From positions 62,001 through 126,000 of IMG/VR virus record IMGVR_UViG_3300046513_000348: a stretch of DNA of 64,000 nt; one strand, given 5' to 3'. Under the pieces are notes generated by a model. It had not been told where the DNA came from, ran no database searches, and worked only from the letters and a program-made list of their open reading frames with translations. The position numbers and the translations under genes were made by a program. This document shows, one piece after another, positions 37,010 to 46,906 of the stretch (the first letter of the stretch is position 1; each line of letters starts with the position of its first letter).

Positions 37010-38620
37010 TTAACGGGTCAGGTTATGACAGACCAGTTCAGCCGTCGAAACAACTGCCGAAGCGATCAACCGACCACGCGGGTCAACATATGCAATTTTC
37101 TTTTTGAGCAGGGCGTGTACTTCTGCCACTCCCTCGTCGGTGTAGAGCGAGTTCGCCGATCCGGTGTCACCGTCGAAGTCTGCATTCAGCATTGCCAGAC
37201 GAATCATGTTCGGGCAAAGCGTGTTAATGAATGCTTCCCCACGAATCGGGAAGGACATGACGACTTCGCCGAAGCGCTGCCAGTTCTCATCGAGAGGCCA
37301 CCGCTTTTCGCTGTTGGTGGTCGTCTTGACGTAGGCGATCGATGGATAGATACTGCCCAGAGATGCGACCGGATAACGAGTCACAAACAATGGGAGGGTA
37401 CTAAGTTTTTTAATAGTGGACAGATAAATGAGCTCGGCGTAGGTAACCGGGCTTACATCGTTTTTGTCCAGCGTTTCAGGCAGCTCGCTAATGTCATGCA
37501 TCAACCTCACATCGCCGTCTTTGTTCTTGTAGATCAAGGCCATGAAGTGGCTACCCACAACAACCGGCTTATGACGCATCTCGACGTTCTGGAAGAGCGT
37601 GAAGAGTTTGTCGATGCCTTCGTCACTGAACCAGCGGTCCCATTCGTCCGCCTTCAGAACAACCTGCTCGCTCTTGAAGGTATTCTTGTTGACGAGTCGA
37701 ACTGGCGAACCAGGACCACTGTGCAGATGGTTCAGGAAGTTGTTCTTGAACTCGAAGATCGCCACAGGACGACACGCGCGGATAGCCTGATAGAGACCGT
37801 AGACCGTGTGGTTCGGCCCGACGTTGCCCGGATCACCCAGTTCCACGATACCTTCGTCCAGAGGCGAGATGACGTTACGAGTGCCGTCTGCAACGTGGCG
37901 TGATGCCCACTTGCCGAGGACCAGCTTGCGCTTACCGTCGATCAGGTTGGACAGACTCTCGTGGATTTCGTTAAACGTCATCTGCAGCTTGAAACGAGCA
38001 GCATCGGAAACATCACGATCGTTCTTACCGTCACCTGGAATCGTGTTCGATACGGCCAGGAGCTTACGGTAGATCTTGTTGATTTCGTCTTCTTCAGTAC
38101 GACCGTCGTCCCCAACCATCAAGTCACGCATAGCGGCTGGGATCACCATGACTTTATCAGTCATGGCAACGTGTTTATAGTTGACGATCATTTTCTGCGC
38201 TTCTTGTTTCTCCGGACTGTTAGTCGGTGCGAAACGGATTTCTTTCCAGTAGCGTAGGAAGAAGTTAAAGCCGGTCTTGCCGTTGATCGGATCGGACGGA
38301 AGGAAGTCTTTTTCTTTGTCGTCCCAAACAGCGTAACCTTTACCGGACACGATGTCCATGTAGAGACGCTTGTTGCCAACTAAGGCGTGGAAGTAGGCCG
38401 GATGGAAGATCTGGGCCTTGGTGTTAATGTAGGAGAAAGTATCTGCACGACGCTCTTCGCCAACCTTACCGAAGATGAGGGCAGAGAACAGTCCGTCTGG
38501 GTGAAAATTCACCCCGGTGTTATCGAAGATATCGAGAGCCGTAACGGGACGAAAGCGTTTCAGGCGTTCATCCTTTGGATCAAGAACCTTGATATTAAAA
38601 GGTATATCAACACGTTTCAC
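37010..38620 (-). CDS. Virion RNA polymerase beta' subunit with catalytic loop (phiKZ gp180-like)
   Basis: DGLFS..IFG, GTRNVI, TRYP, catalytic NADFDGD. Confidence 0.93.
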   Translation of the reverse strand: MKRVDIPFNIKVLDPKDERLKRFRPVTALDIFDNTGVNFHPDGLFSALIFGKVGEERRADTFSYINTKAQIFHPAYFHALVGNKRLYMDIVSGKGYAVWDDKEKDFLPSDPINGKTGFNFFLRYWKEIRFAPTNSPEKQEAQKMIVNYKHVAMTDKVMVIPAAMRDLMVGDDGRTEEDEINKIYRKLLAVSNTIPGDGKNDRDVSDAARFKLQMTFNEIHESLSNLIDGKRKLVLGKWASRHVADGTRNVISPLDEGIVELGDPGNVGPNHTVYGLYQAIRACRPVAIFEFKNNFLNHLHSGPGSPVRLVNKNTFKSEQVVLKADEWDRWFSDEGIDKLFTLFQNVEMRHKPVVVGSHFMALIYKNKDGDVRLMHDISELPETLDKNDVSPVTYAELIYLSTIKKLSTLPLFVTRYPVASLGSIYPSIAYVKTTTNSEKRWPLDENWQRFGEVVMSFPIRGEAFINTLCPNMIRLAMLNADFDGDTGSANSLYTDEGVAEVHALLKKKIAYVDPRGRLIASAVVSTAELVCHNLTR

Positions 38621-38648
38621 AATGTGTCCTTAATGGAGAAATCGTAGT

Positions 38649-41600
38649 ATGGCGTCTAAAAAGAAGCGGGGTGGACGCGACGATATCGAGTGGGACAGCG
38701 ACTTAGACTTCGACATACCGGACTTCGGGGGTGATAACCCCGAAGTCACGTCGAATAATCGCAAACCTATTGCCACTGGCCTAAAGTCGGCGGCTGAGGG
38801 ATTCGGCAAGACGTTCACCAATGAGGCACGTCTGCGCAAAACCCTTACGAGATCGCTCCCCCGGGAGTACGAAGAACCTATCTCGAAAGCCTTCGAAATC
38901 AAAGATGGCGCACGGGATCTATACAATATCGCGGGCAGTCAAGTCAACGAAACTGTTCGCGAAACTAAACGTTCTGTCGGTCGCATTGCACGCAATCTGG
39001 AAAGTGCCCTGCCCCGAGGCGTTTATGAGAAGGTTACCAAATGGGCTGCAACGGCAGACCAAGATAACAGTTCTGGTCCGTCGAAAGACGAAGTGGAACA
39101 GGGTACGATCAACAATGCGATGCTCGAGATCTTCGCCGAATCGACGAAGGCCGATGCCGATAATCGCAAGAAAGATCAAGCTCGCGAAATAATGCAGGAC
39201 GCTATCGATAAGAAGCGTCATGCCGATATGACCGCCATCCTGGGCTCGATTGATCAGTCGCTGATCTCTCTGCAGACTTTCCAGGACAAGGCTGGTACGA
39301 ACTACATGAAGAAGTCGCTGGAGCTCCAGTTCCGCTCTTACTTCGTACAAAACGACATGCTGCAACTGCAGACTAAGTTCTTCGAAGAATTCAAGAACAG
39401 TCTCGGAGCAATTACCAAGAACACCGGCTTGCCTGACTATGTCAAGAAGGCTCCCAAGGAAGCTCTCATGGAGCGTCTGCGCGAGAAGACATTCGACTCG
39501 CTGGGTAACACGATTGCTAAGAAGCGCAATGAATGGCTCTCTGGCGTTGTGCGTAAAGCTGGTAACAAAATCAAAGATACGTTCCAGGATGTTCGCGATG
39601 GTGCATCGCAGATCCTCGATACGGCCGAAATGGCAACGAGTATGTACGGCTCCGGTATGGGTCCGTCGGCTCCTGAATTCGCAGGAGACCTGGCCGGCGG
39701 TTACGCAGGTAATAAAGCCCAGGACTTCATGGCGAAGCACATCAAAGCCTACATGTTGAAGAATCCTGGCGCCCTTAAGAAGGGCAACCAGCTTTCGATG
39801 ATCGCTGGCAACTTGCCGCAGTGGATCAATCAGCAAGTCACGTCGGGCCAGCATGCTGACAAAATTCCGGATTGGCTGAAGGACATCTTGGCTCAAGACG
39901 GCGAGCGTTCTGGCGTTGCGATTAATCGCGAAGTCGACCTCGAGCGTGCAGCACAGTTCAGCGATAAGAACTCCCGTTCCCTGAACTACGTGATCCCGCA
40001 GCTTCTGTCGAAGATCCATCACGAACTTTATGTCACTCGTACTGGCGATGTCGGCTCCAAGCCGCTGTCCTATGACTTCGAGAAAGGCAAGTTCGTCACC
40101 AGTAAAGAACGTCAGGAACAACTGGCAAACTCCATCGTGTCCAAGCGCACCGTGGAGCATACCCAAGGTCAAGTCGACAGTATCTTCAAGGAGATCGATC
40201 CGGAAGGTAAGCTTGACAAAGAAACCCGTGACGAGATCGCGAAGAAAATCTACGGTGCCAATAAAAAAGGCGCTTTCTTCGACCGTGACGAAATGATGAG
40301 AACCGTTGACAACGATAAGGCTGCTGCACTTCTGAGCGCATATGTTGATCGTGATTCCAAGAAGGGTCACGAAAACAAGATGTCGAAGATGTTCGGTCGT
40401 GTCGGTGGCAACAACGGTGAGGTTCAAGACCTTATCCAGGAACTGATCGACAACGGCCGGCATGGCGAGTTGGCAGACCTGGGCATCATCGACTTGAAGT
40501 CCGGCAAAATCAATCTTGACGTCGTTCGTCAAATGGAACTCGGTCAGTGGAAACTGCCTGAAGATCCAACCCAACAATCAACACCTGGCCAATCCGGTCA
40601 GCCCGGTGGTTCCCGCCCTCCGAAGGTGCGTCCTCCGAATACCCGTCAGGGTGGTTTCATTCGTCTCGGCTCTGCTGCGAACGAAGCGAACCGTAACCAG
40701 GCTGCTACCGGTCCTGCTGGTGCAAGCCTGGAAGACCTGACCAAGGCGTTCAAGGAAGCCATGGGTTCGTCTGGTGGAAACGCCAGCGGCACGGATGAGA
40801 AACTGATCAAGGCTATCTCCGAAGCCAGCGGCAAAACCGAACTCACTGAGATCCGTGACATCTTGAAGCGGATTGAAGAGAAGGGCATTCAAGGCGGCGG
40901 CATTATGACGCCTGAGATGCTCGAGCAATACATGAGCGGTAAGTTCGGCGGCTTCTTCGGTAAAGCAGGGCAGATGGGTCGTGGCGCTGTCGGTAAAGTT
41001 GGCAACTGGCTCAAGGGCGGTTTCAATAACTCGATGGGCCTTGGCAAGAAACTTGGCGGCTGGGCAAAGACTGGCGGCAAGAGTGCTTTCAATTGGCTCG
41101 GTGAACAGAAAGACAAGTTCGACCTTTTCATCGGCAACGAAGTTGAGCCTCGACTGAACAAAGCAAAACTGGAAGCGGGTCGTTATTACGACATCAACTC
41201 CAAGAAAATCGTAACCAAGTTCGAAGACATCACCGGCGATATCAAAGACCTTGATACCGACAAGATCGTCCTCAAGTACTCTGAGTTGAAAGACTCGGTG
41301 CTGAAGAACTTCGAGACTGGTAAATCTGTCCTGGGGCGCATGACTTCCTGGGGTAAGAAATCCATCGAGTTCACTACCAAGAAAGCTAAGGAACTGGCTG
41401 AGAAAACCTTTAGCCTTGGTAAGACTGCCCACGGCATGGCTTGGAGCGGACTCAAGAAAGCTTATGAGTTCCTGACGGACGGTCCGATGGATGTGTATCT
41501 GAAAGACAACTATGAAACACCTGTCCTTCTGAAACGCGTTATGGCACAGGGCCTGTACTTCGATAAGGAATCCCTCGACTCGATTACGAAAGTGAGCGAG

Positions 41601-44600
41601 ATCAAGGGTGCTGTGGTCGACAATCAGGAAAACGTTCTTATCACCAAGGAAGACCTGCACAACGGTCTCTACGACAAGCACGGTAAAGAAATCAAGACGG
41701 GCTTCGATCGGGTCCTCCAATTCGTTGGCGGTTCGATCAAGAAGACCATCGGTACCTACAAGAAAATCCTTGGCAAGGCTAAGGACATGGGTGTTAAGGC
41801 AATGGGCTGGCTGAAAGGACTCTTCGGGTTCGATTCGCCGTTCACTGTCTTCTCCAAACGAACGAACGACATCCTCGGTGCCATCTACAACCTGTTGAAT
41901 GACAGGATGCCTGGCGAGAGATCCCCTGACCTGGACACTGCAGCTGAGCAGGCTTCCTCTGCAAGTGGTGGCGGTGGTAAGGGCGAGGTCAAGAAGAAGG
42001 TCGGCGTGTTCAAGGAGGCCTTCATGAAGAGGTTCTCCAGCGCAAAAGACAAAGCCGAAGAAAAGCTCGAACACGCCAAGCTGAAAGCAGGCGAGGTTTA
42101 CGAGAATCGGGACGAGCACTGGAACAAGGCTCGTGATGAGGTTGCCAAGCATACTGGTAACGCTAAGGAACGCGGAATCGCAGTTTGGGACAAGATGTAC
42201 AAGCTGATGGAGGAGCGTTTGCCTGCCGCCAAGAAGAAAGTCTTTGGCGACACTGATGGCGACGGCGATCGCGATGGCGACATCGACGATACCCGTTCAA
42301 GGCGACAGAAGGCAAAGGATGCGGCTCGGGAAGCGAAGGACAAGGCTCTTGGCAAAGTCAAGGACTCTGGCGCCTACGCTACCATTGCCAAACTCCTGGC
42401 GGATCTCATCAAGAAAAACAAAAAAGAGGAAGAAGAGGACGACGACGATGGCATTGGTCTCGACGACGTTCTCGGAGATGGTGACGATAACGACGAACAC
42501 CATGGCGACAAGAAGAAGGCGCGTGACGCTAAACGCAAACGCCGCCTGAAACGTCTCAAGGCCAACAAGCCTCGTGGTCGCATGGGTCGTGGCTGGGACA
42601 AGCTGAAGAGTAAGATTCCTGGACGCGGCTTGCTTGGTCGCGGTGCTGGCACCGTTGCTCGTGGCGCAGGTGCACTTGCCGAAGGCGGTGCTGCAAGTGC
42701 CCGTGCCGCTGGCGGTGTCGCTCGCGCTGGTGGTGCAGTAGCTCGTGGCCTGGGTCCTACCGCTCTTCGCCTTGTTGGCACGGTTGGTCGCGTCGGCCTG
42801 ATGGGCGCTGGTACTCTGTTGGAAGGCGGCTTGATGAGCGCAGGCATGGTGTCCGGTGGCCTGAGTCTCTTGGGTTCTGCCTTGGGTATGGCAGGAACTG
42901 CTATTGCTGCAATCGTCTCCTCTCCAATTACGGTTCCGCTGTTGGCAGCTGCAGCTATCGGTACCGCCGGTTACTTCGCCTATAAGTGGCTGACTAAACC
43001 GGATCCTCAACCAATCGAAAAAGTACGACTCGTGCAGTATGGCTGGAAGGCCTCTAATATCGAAGCGTACAAGAAGATGAAGTCGCTGGAGCAGAAGGTT
43101 GCCTCCGCGGTTGTCTTTAAGGGTGAGAACGCAGAGTTCGATTCCAAAAAGCTTAACTTCCAAGACATGATGAAGGACTTTGGCCTCGATCCGACCAACA
43201 AGGATCACGCCTCGAAATTCATCGACTGGTTTGCCAATCGTTTCCGCCCGATTTACCTGCATCATAGGGCGTTGATTAAGATCGTCAAATCACCAAAAGA
43301 ACTGGACAGTGTCGACGATAATAAACCCGACATCAAGAAGCAGTACCTTGATCAGTGTTTGTTCCCTGGCGAACATTACGACATTACAACCAGTCCGATC
43401 AAAGACGAACCTCACTTGTTTACCTCCCAAGGCTCTGCGGAGCGCGCAATCACTGAAGCGAAAGCTGAGGTTGAGAAGGAAGGTACCAAGAAGGACGACA
43501 AGAAAGAGAAACCACTACCACCAGGCGGATTTGGCACGGCATTAAAAGCCGAGTTGGCTAAGAAAGACCTGGAATCCGAAAAGAAAAAGGACGCCGCAAC
43601 TAACGCTGCTGGAGTTCCGAACAAGATCGGCGCAGATCTCGAAAAGACTTCTGCGATGAATCGCCTCAAGGCCGCAACCGCTGGCTCGATGGCCGGACCT
43701 GGCTCGGATCCCAACAATCCAGTCAATAGTCCCGCTGCTCCGGACGGTAAACCAGCTGGTCCTCCTAAGTCGAAAGACGTTAAACCGAAAAGCGGCGACG
43801 CTGAAAAGGTTAAGGCGGAACTGATCAAAAATATGCCTCGCTTCGGTATCACCACGCCGAACCAACAGGCAGCCATCCTCGGTAACGTGGAACATGAGTC
43901 TGGTTTCCAGCCAATCTCTGAGAACCTGAACTACAAACCCCAGACGCTGCAAAAGCTCTGGCCTAACCGTTTCCCTGATTCGGCTACTGCTCAAGCAACT
44001 GCTGCTAAAGGTCCTGTTGGCATTGCTAACACGATCTACGGCGGCCGCATGGGTAACACCGAAGCCAATGACGGTTGGGACTACCGTGGACGCGGTCCGA
44101 TCCAAATCACCGGTAAGAGTAACTACTCCGCATTGTCGAAGATCATGGGCAAGGACATTGTCGATGATCCCGATAAGCTCGTTACAGATCCGAAGACTTC
44201 TGCCGAATCGGCACTGGCTTATTGGAAGCTCAATCCCCAGCTGGGTAAACTGGCTGATGCGGGTAACTTCCAGAAAGTCCGTCAGCTGATCAACGGCGGC
44301 AGCATCGGAGCGGAAGACGCGAATGCTCGCGTTTACGATTACCTGGATAAAATCAAATCCGGAGAGATGAAACTGGATGGCACTTCGTCCAGTGGCGAAG
44401 GTGGTACCATTACCCAGACCGCAACTGTTTCTTCTCCGAAACCGACTACGGCAAATAGCGTCGAGAACAACCCGAATGCGGGTCCGACGCCTTCTACGTA
44501 TTCGCGGCCATCTCCTGCATCCATGGTCGCTTCCCCTCGACCAAGCTACGACGCGTCCTCGAGCTCCAGCTCGGTACCACAGGCTGCTCCGGTTCGTTCA

Positions 44601-44891
44601 GCTACGCAGGATCCGTATTACCAGTCTCAGTCGAAAGTCAACACTGGCGATTCCATCGGCATCATGAAGGATTCGCTGGATGAATCGAAGGCGCAAACGG
44701 GTCTCCTGACTCGCATCGCTGACGCTCTTGACAATCTTCCGAAGGCTTTGGCCGAAACTCTGGCGGGAAATGCTTCAGCAACCCCTCCAGCAGCCACGGA
44801 GAAGCCTTCAGAGGCGAATAACTATGGTCGGACGCCCACGCCTATGCCGAAAGCGTCGAATGCCTTTAAACGCCAATTGGCTGGTGCATAA
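38649..44891 (+). CDS. Tape-measure/tail-associated lysin (phiKZ gp181-like) with a C-terminal GH19 muralytic domain
   Basis: 2080 aa; YMKKSLELQFR, KNTGLPD, Gly/Ala hydrophobic segments; HESGF..ISENLNY, IANTIYGGRMGN, DGWDYRGRGPIQITGKSNY, INGG. Confidence 0.88.
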   Translation: MASKKKRGGRDDIEWDSDLDFDIPDFGGDNPEVTSNNRKPIATGLKSAAEGFGKTFTNEARLRKTLTRSLPREYEEPISKAFEIKDGARDLYNIAGSQVNETVRETKRSVGRIARNLESALPRGVYEKVTKWAATADQDNSSGPSKDEVEQGTINNAMLEIFAESTKADADNRKKDQAREIMQDAIDKKRHADMTAILGSIDQSLISLQTFQDKAGTNYMKKSLELQFRSYFVQNDMLQLQTKFFEEFKNSLGAITKNTGLPDYVKKAPKEALMERLREKTFDSLGNTIAKKRNEWLSGVVRKAGNKIKDTFQDVRDGASQILDTAEMATSMYGSGMGPSAPEFAGDLAGGYAGNKAQDFMAKHIKAYMLKNPGALKKGNQLSMIAGNLPQWINQQVTSGQHADKIPDWLKDILAQDGERSGVAINREVDLERAAQFSDKNSRSLNYVIPQLLSKIHHELYVTRTGDVGSKPLSYDFEKGKFVTSKERQEQLANSIVSKRTVEHTQGQVDSIFKEIDPEGKLDKETRDEIAKKIYGANKKGAFFDRDEMMRTVDNDKAAALLSAYVDRDSKKGHENKMSKMFGRVGGNNGEVQDLIQELIDNGRHGELADLGIIDLKSGKINLDVVRQMELGQWKLPEDPTQQSTPGQSGQPGGSRPPKVRPPNTRQGGFIRLGSAANEANRNQAATGPAGASLEDLTKAFKEAMGSSGGNASGTDEKLIKAISEASGKTELTEIRDILKRIEEKGIQGGGIMTPEMLEQYMSGKFGGFFGKAGQMGRGAVGKVGNWLKGGFNNSMGLGKKLGGWAKTGGKSAFNWLGEQKDKFDLFIGNEVEPRLNKAKLEAGRYYDINSKKIVTKFEDITGDIKDLDTDKIVLKYSELKDSVLKNFETGKSVLGRMTSWGKKSIEFTTKKAKELAEKTFSLGKTAHGMAWSGLKKAYEFLTDGPMDVYLKDNYETPVLLKRVMAQGLYFDKESLDSITKVSEIKGAVVDNQENVLITKEDLHNGLYDKHGKEIKTGFDRVLQFVGGSIKKTIGTYKKILGKAKDMGVKAMGWLKGLFGFDSPFTVFSKRTNDILGAIYNLLNDRMPGERSPDLDTAAEQASSASGGGGKGEVKKKVGVFKEAFMKRFSSAKDKAEEKLEHAKLKAGEVYENRDEHWNKARDEVAKHTGNAKERGIAVWDKMYKLMEERLPAAKKKVFGDTDGDGDRDGDIDDTRSRRQKAKDAAREAKDKALGKVKDSGAYATIAKLLADLIKKNKKEEEEDDDDGIGLDDVLGDGDDNDEHHGDKKKARDAKRKRRLKRLKANKPRGRMGRGWDKLKSKIPGRGLLGRGAGTVARGAGALAEGGAASARAAGGVARAGGAVARGLGPTALRLVGTVGRVGLMGAGTLLEGGLMSAGMVSGGLSLLGSALGMAGTAIAAIVSSPITVPLLAAAAIGTAGYFAYKWLTKPDPQPIEKVRLVQYGWKASNIEAYKKMKSLEQKVASAVVFKGENAEFDSKKLNFQDMMKDFGLDPTNKDHASKFIDWFANRFRPIYLHHRALIKIVKSPKELDSVDDNKPDIKKQYLDQCLFPGEHYDITTSPIKDEPHLFTSQGSAERAITEAKAEVEKEGTKKDDKKEKPLPPGGFGTALKAELAKKDLESEKKKDAATNAAGVPNKIGADLEKTSAMNRLKAATAGSMAGPGSDPNNPVNSPAAPDGKPAGPPKSKDVKPKSGDAEKVKAELIKNMPRFGITTPNQQAAILGNVEHESGFQPISENLNYKPQTLQKLWPNRFPDSATAQATAAKGPVGIANTIYGGRMGNTEANDGWDYRGRGPIQITGKSNYSALSKIMGKDIVDDPDKLVTDPKTSAESALAYWKLNPQLGKLADAGNFQKVRQLINGGSIGAEDANARVYDYLDKIKSGEMKLDGTSSSGEGGTITQTATVSSPKPTTANSVENNPNAGPTPSTYSRPSPASMVASPRPSYDASSSSSSVPQAAPVRSATQDPYYQSQSKVNTGDSIGIMKDSLDESKAQTGLLTRIADALDNLPKALAETLAGNASATPPAATEKPSEANNYGRTPTPMPKASNAFKRQLAGA

Positions 44892-44899
44892 ACGATAGG

Positions 44900-44937
44900 A
44901 TACGAGAGTGGGGAAACCCACTCTCGTATTTATTATG
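44900..44937 (+). terminator. Hairpin (GAAA loop) plus TATG
   Basis: atacgagagtggg-gaaa-cccactctcgtat then TTATTATG. Confidence 0.8.
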
Positions 44938-44963
44938 ACCTGTATTTATTTAAAGGAGTCGCA

Positions 44964-46850
44964 ATGGGCATCACAAGTCGCGACGTAAAGTGGTTGCGGA
45001 GATCCTTCTTACTGGCAACGGACAATCTTGATGATCAGTCCCTGCAAGAGTTCGGATATACGGACACCATCGCACGTCCATTCGATACCAGCCCCGGCGG
45101 TAACGAAGTGATCAATCCCCTGCCTCAATTCACGAGGCATGCGGACATCAAAGTCAAATCTGCGCTGGTCAAGAATTCGTTTGGTATCGGTCGCTGGTAC
45201 GACGAAACCTACGGCCAGTTGCAACAGAAAATCTACATGCGCTTCGGTGTACCCGAATTCACTCCGATGACGCAGTTCTTCACTGGCTTCTACAGCTACC
45301 AAGCAAGCCTCTTGGCTCGTACTGGTCGTGCCAGTGCCAGTATTGGTTACTACCTGGGCCGCGGTGTTGGTCTGGCTGTTACCATCTTCAACATTCCGCT
45401 TCTGATTGGTTCGGTGGCGTTTGAAGCATATCGCTTCTTCATGGACAAAGGAACTTCGAAGTTTTACTACTTCAAGCCTGCCATGCACCTGTACTGGAAC
45501 ACAGTCACCACGCTCGTGAACCACTACTGCGTCAACCGCGGTATCGTTCCCCGTGTCTTCACGTCGGATGACAACCAGTCCATGGCATCCGAGAACAACT
45601 ACTCCAAGGAAGAACTGAAGCGATTCGCTGAAGTCCTGGAGATCTTCGATGAGAACGGTCAGGTCGACATGTATCGATACGCGTCCCTGGCTCACCGTCG
45701 TAAGAAAGCGTTCATGCATGCTTTGAAAGCAGGCCTGGATGTGGATGACTTGAACTTCGCTTCCATCTCCGCACGATACAAGAGCATCGTCAAGAGTACC
45801 GTCGATGTTCCTCGTGGTCGTACTCACAAGGAATACATGGAACTCTGGATGGCGAGTAATCATGGTAACGCTAGCGGCGGTAAAGAAGGTGATACCGAGT
45901 CGAATGCCGAGGCACAAGTCAACACTGCTGAAAAGGAAGATCGCGCAAGTCTGTGGGATCTGGTGAAGACCGAGCTTGACGATGGTTCCGCTTTCGTCTG
46001 CTTCCGCGTCAACTCCACTGGTGAAGTCTCCGAGTCGTTCTCGAACTCCACTACCAAATCGGCAATCGAAGACAAGATCAATGGCATGGCCTCGTCGAAG
46101 CGTTCTACCAACTTCAGCTTCTCCGGTGGTAAGCTGGCAGGCCTGGTCGATGGTGCAGTGGGTCAGGTGAAAGACTTCATTGGCGGCGTGGCTGACCAGT
46201 TCAACATTGCAGGTCTTGCGGTGCTGGGTGGTGCGGCTTTCGTGGATATCCCGGAACACTGGGAATCGTCCTCGGCTTCCCTGCCAACGCAGTCGTACAC
46301 GGTGAGTCTGGTATCGCCCTACGGCAATGCCCTCTCGCAGCTGTTCTCCATGTACATCCCGTTGTTCATGCTCCTGGCCGGCGCTCTCCCCCGCTCGACC
46401 GGTAAGCAGTCCTATACATCACCTCCGCTCGTTCAGCTCTTCGACAAGGGCAAGCAACAGACGCGACTTGGCATGATCGACTCGATCTCGGTTCGCCGCG
46501 GCATCACGAACCTGCCTTACAACAAACACATGCAAGCGATGGGCATCGAAGTGACCTTCTCCGTGAAGGACCTTTCCTCCATCATGCACATCCCGATCTC
46601 CGAAGGTTTCAGCCTGAATCCGACCAAGGGCCTGTTCGATGAAGATACCGTCTTCTCGGACTACATGGGCGTCCTGGCAGGCCTCGACCTGGATGATCAG
46701 ATCTATCCTTTCCGCAAGCTGTTCCTGAACATGACTCGTTGGACGACAAACTGGCGCAGCTGGACTTCCGCTTCGCACATCGCGTCCTTCCTGGGTAACG
46801 GTACGCCTCTGCGATTCGGTTCCATCTTCTACAAGGGCGTGGATCCTTAA
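44964..46850 (+). CDS. Tail/baseplate structural protein (phiKZ gp182-like)
   Basis: 628 aa; DTSPGGN.VINP.PQFTR..D, RFGVPEF, SPYGN; follows the gp181-like gene. Confidence 0.8.
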   Translation: MGITSRDVKWLRRSFLLATDNLDDQSLQEFGYTDTIARPFDTSPGGNEVINPLPQFTRHADIKVKSALVKNSFGIGRWYDETYGQLQQKIYMRFGVPEFTPMTQFFTGFYSYQASLLARTGRASASIGYYLGRGVGLAVTIFNIPLLIGSVAFEAYRFFMDKGTSKFYYFKPAMHLYWNTVTTLVNHYCVNRGIVPRVFTSDDNQSMASENNYSKEELKRFAEVLEIFDENGQVDMYRYASLAHRRKKAFMHALKAGLDVDDLNFASISARYKSIVKSTVDVPRGRTHKEYMELWMASNHGNASGGKEGDTESNAEAQVNTAEKEDRASLWDLVKTELDDGSAFVCFRVNSTGEVSESFSNSTTKSAIEDKINGMASSKRSTNFSFSGGKLAGLVDGAVGQVKDFIGGVADQFNIAGLAVLGGAAFVDIPEHWESSSASLPTQSYTVSLVSPYGNALSQLFSMYIPLFMLLAGALPRSTGKQSYTSPPLVQLFDKGKQQTRLGMIDSISVRRGITNLPYNKHMQAMGIEVTFSVKDLSSIMHIPISEGFSLNPTKGLFDEDTVFSDYMGVLAGLDLDDQIYPFRKLFLNMTRWTTNWRSWTSASHIASFLGNGTPLRFGSIFYKGVDP

Positions 46851-46864
46851 ACAAAAAAGATACA

Positions 46865-46899
46865 GCATATACTCCTGGCCGCGAGGCCAGGAGTATATG
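46865..46899. terminator. Bidirectional hairpin, family 1, TATG on both sides
   Basis: catatactcctggcc-gcga-ggccaggagtatatg. Confidence 0.85.
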
Positions 46900-46906
46900 T
46901 TTGTGT

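Noticed and set aside
32567-38620. Intron, intein or HNH insertion in the vRNAP genes, as occurs in some relatives
   Set aside because: Both ORFs are continuous and 12 nt apart, with an intact NADFDGD; no intein termini or endonuclease motifs were seen
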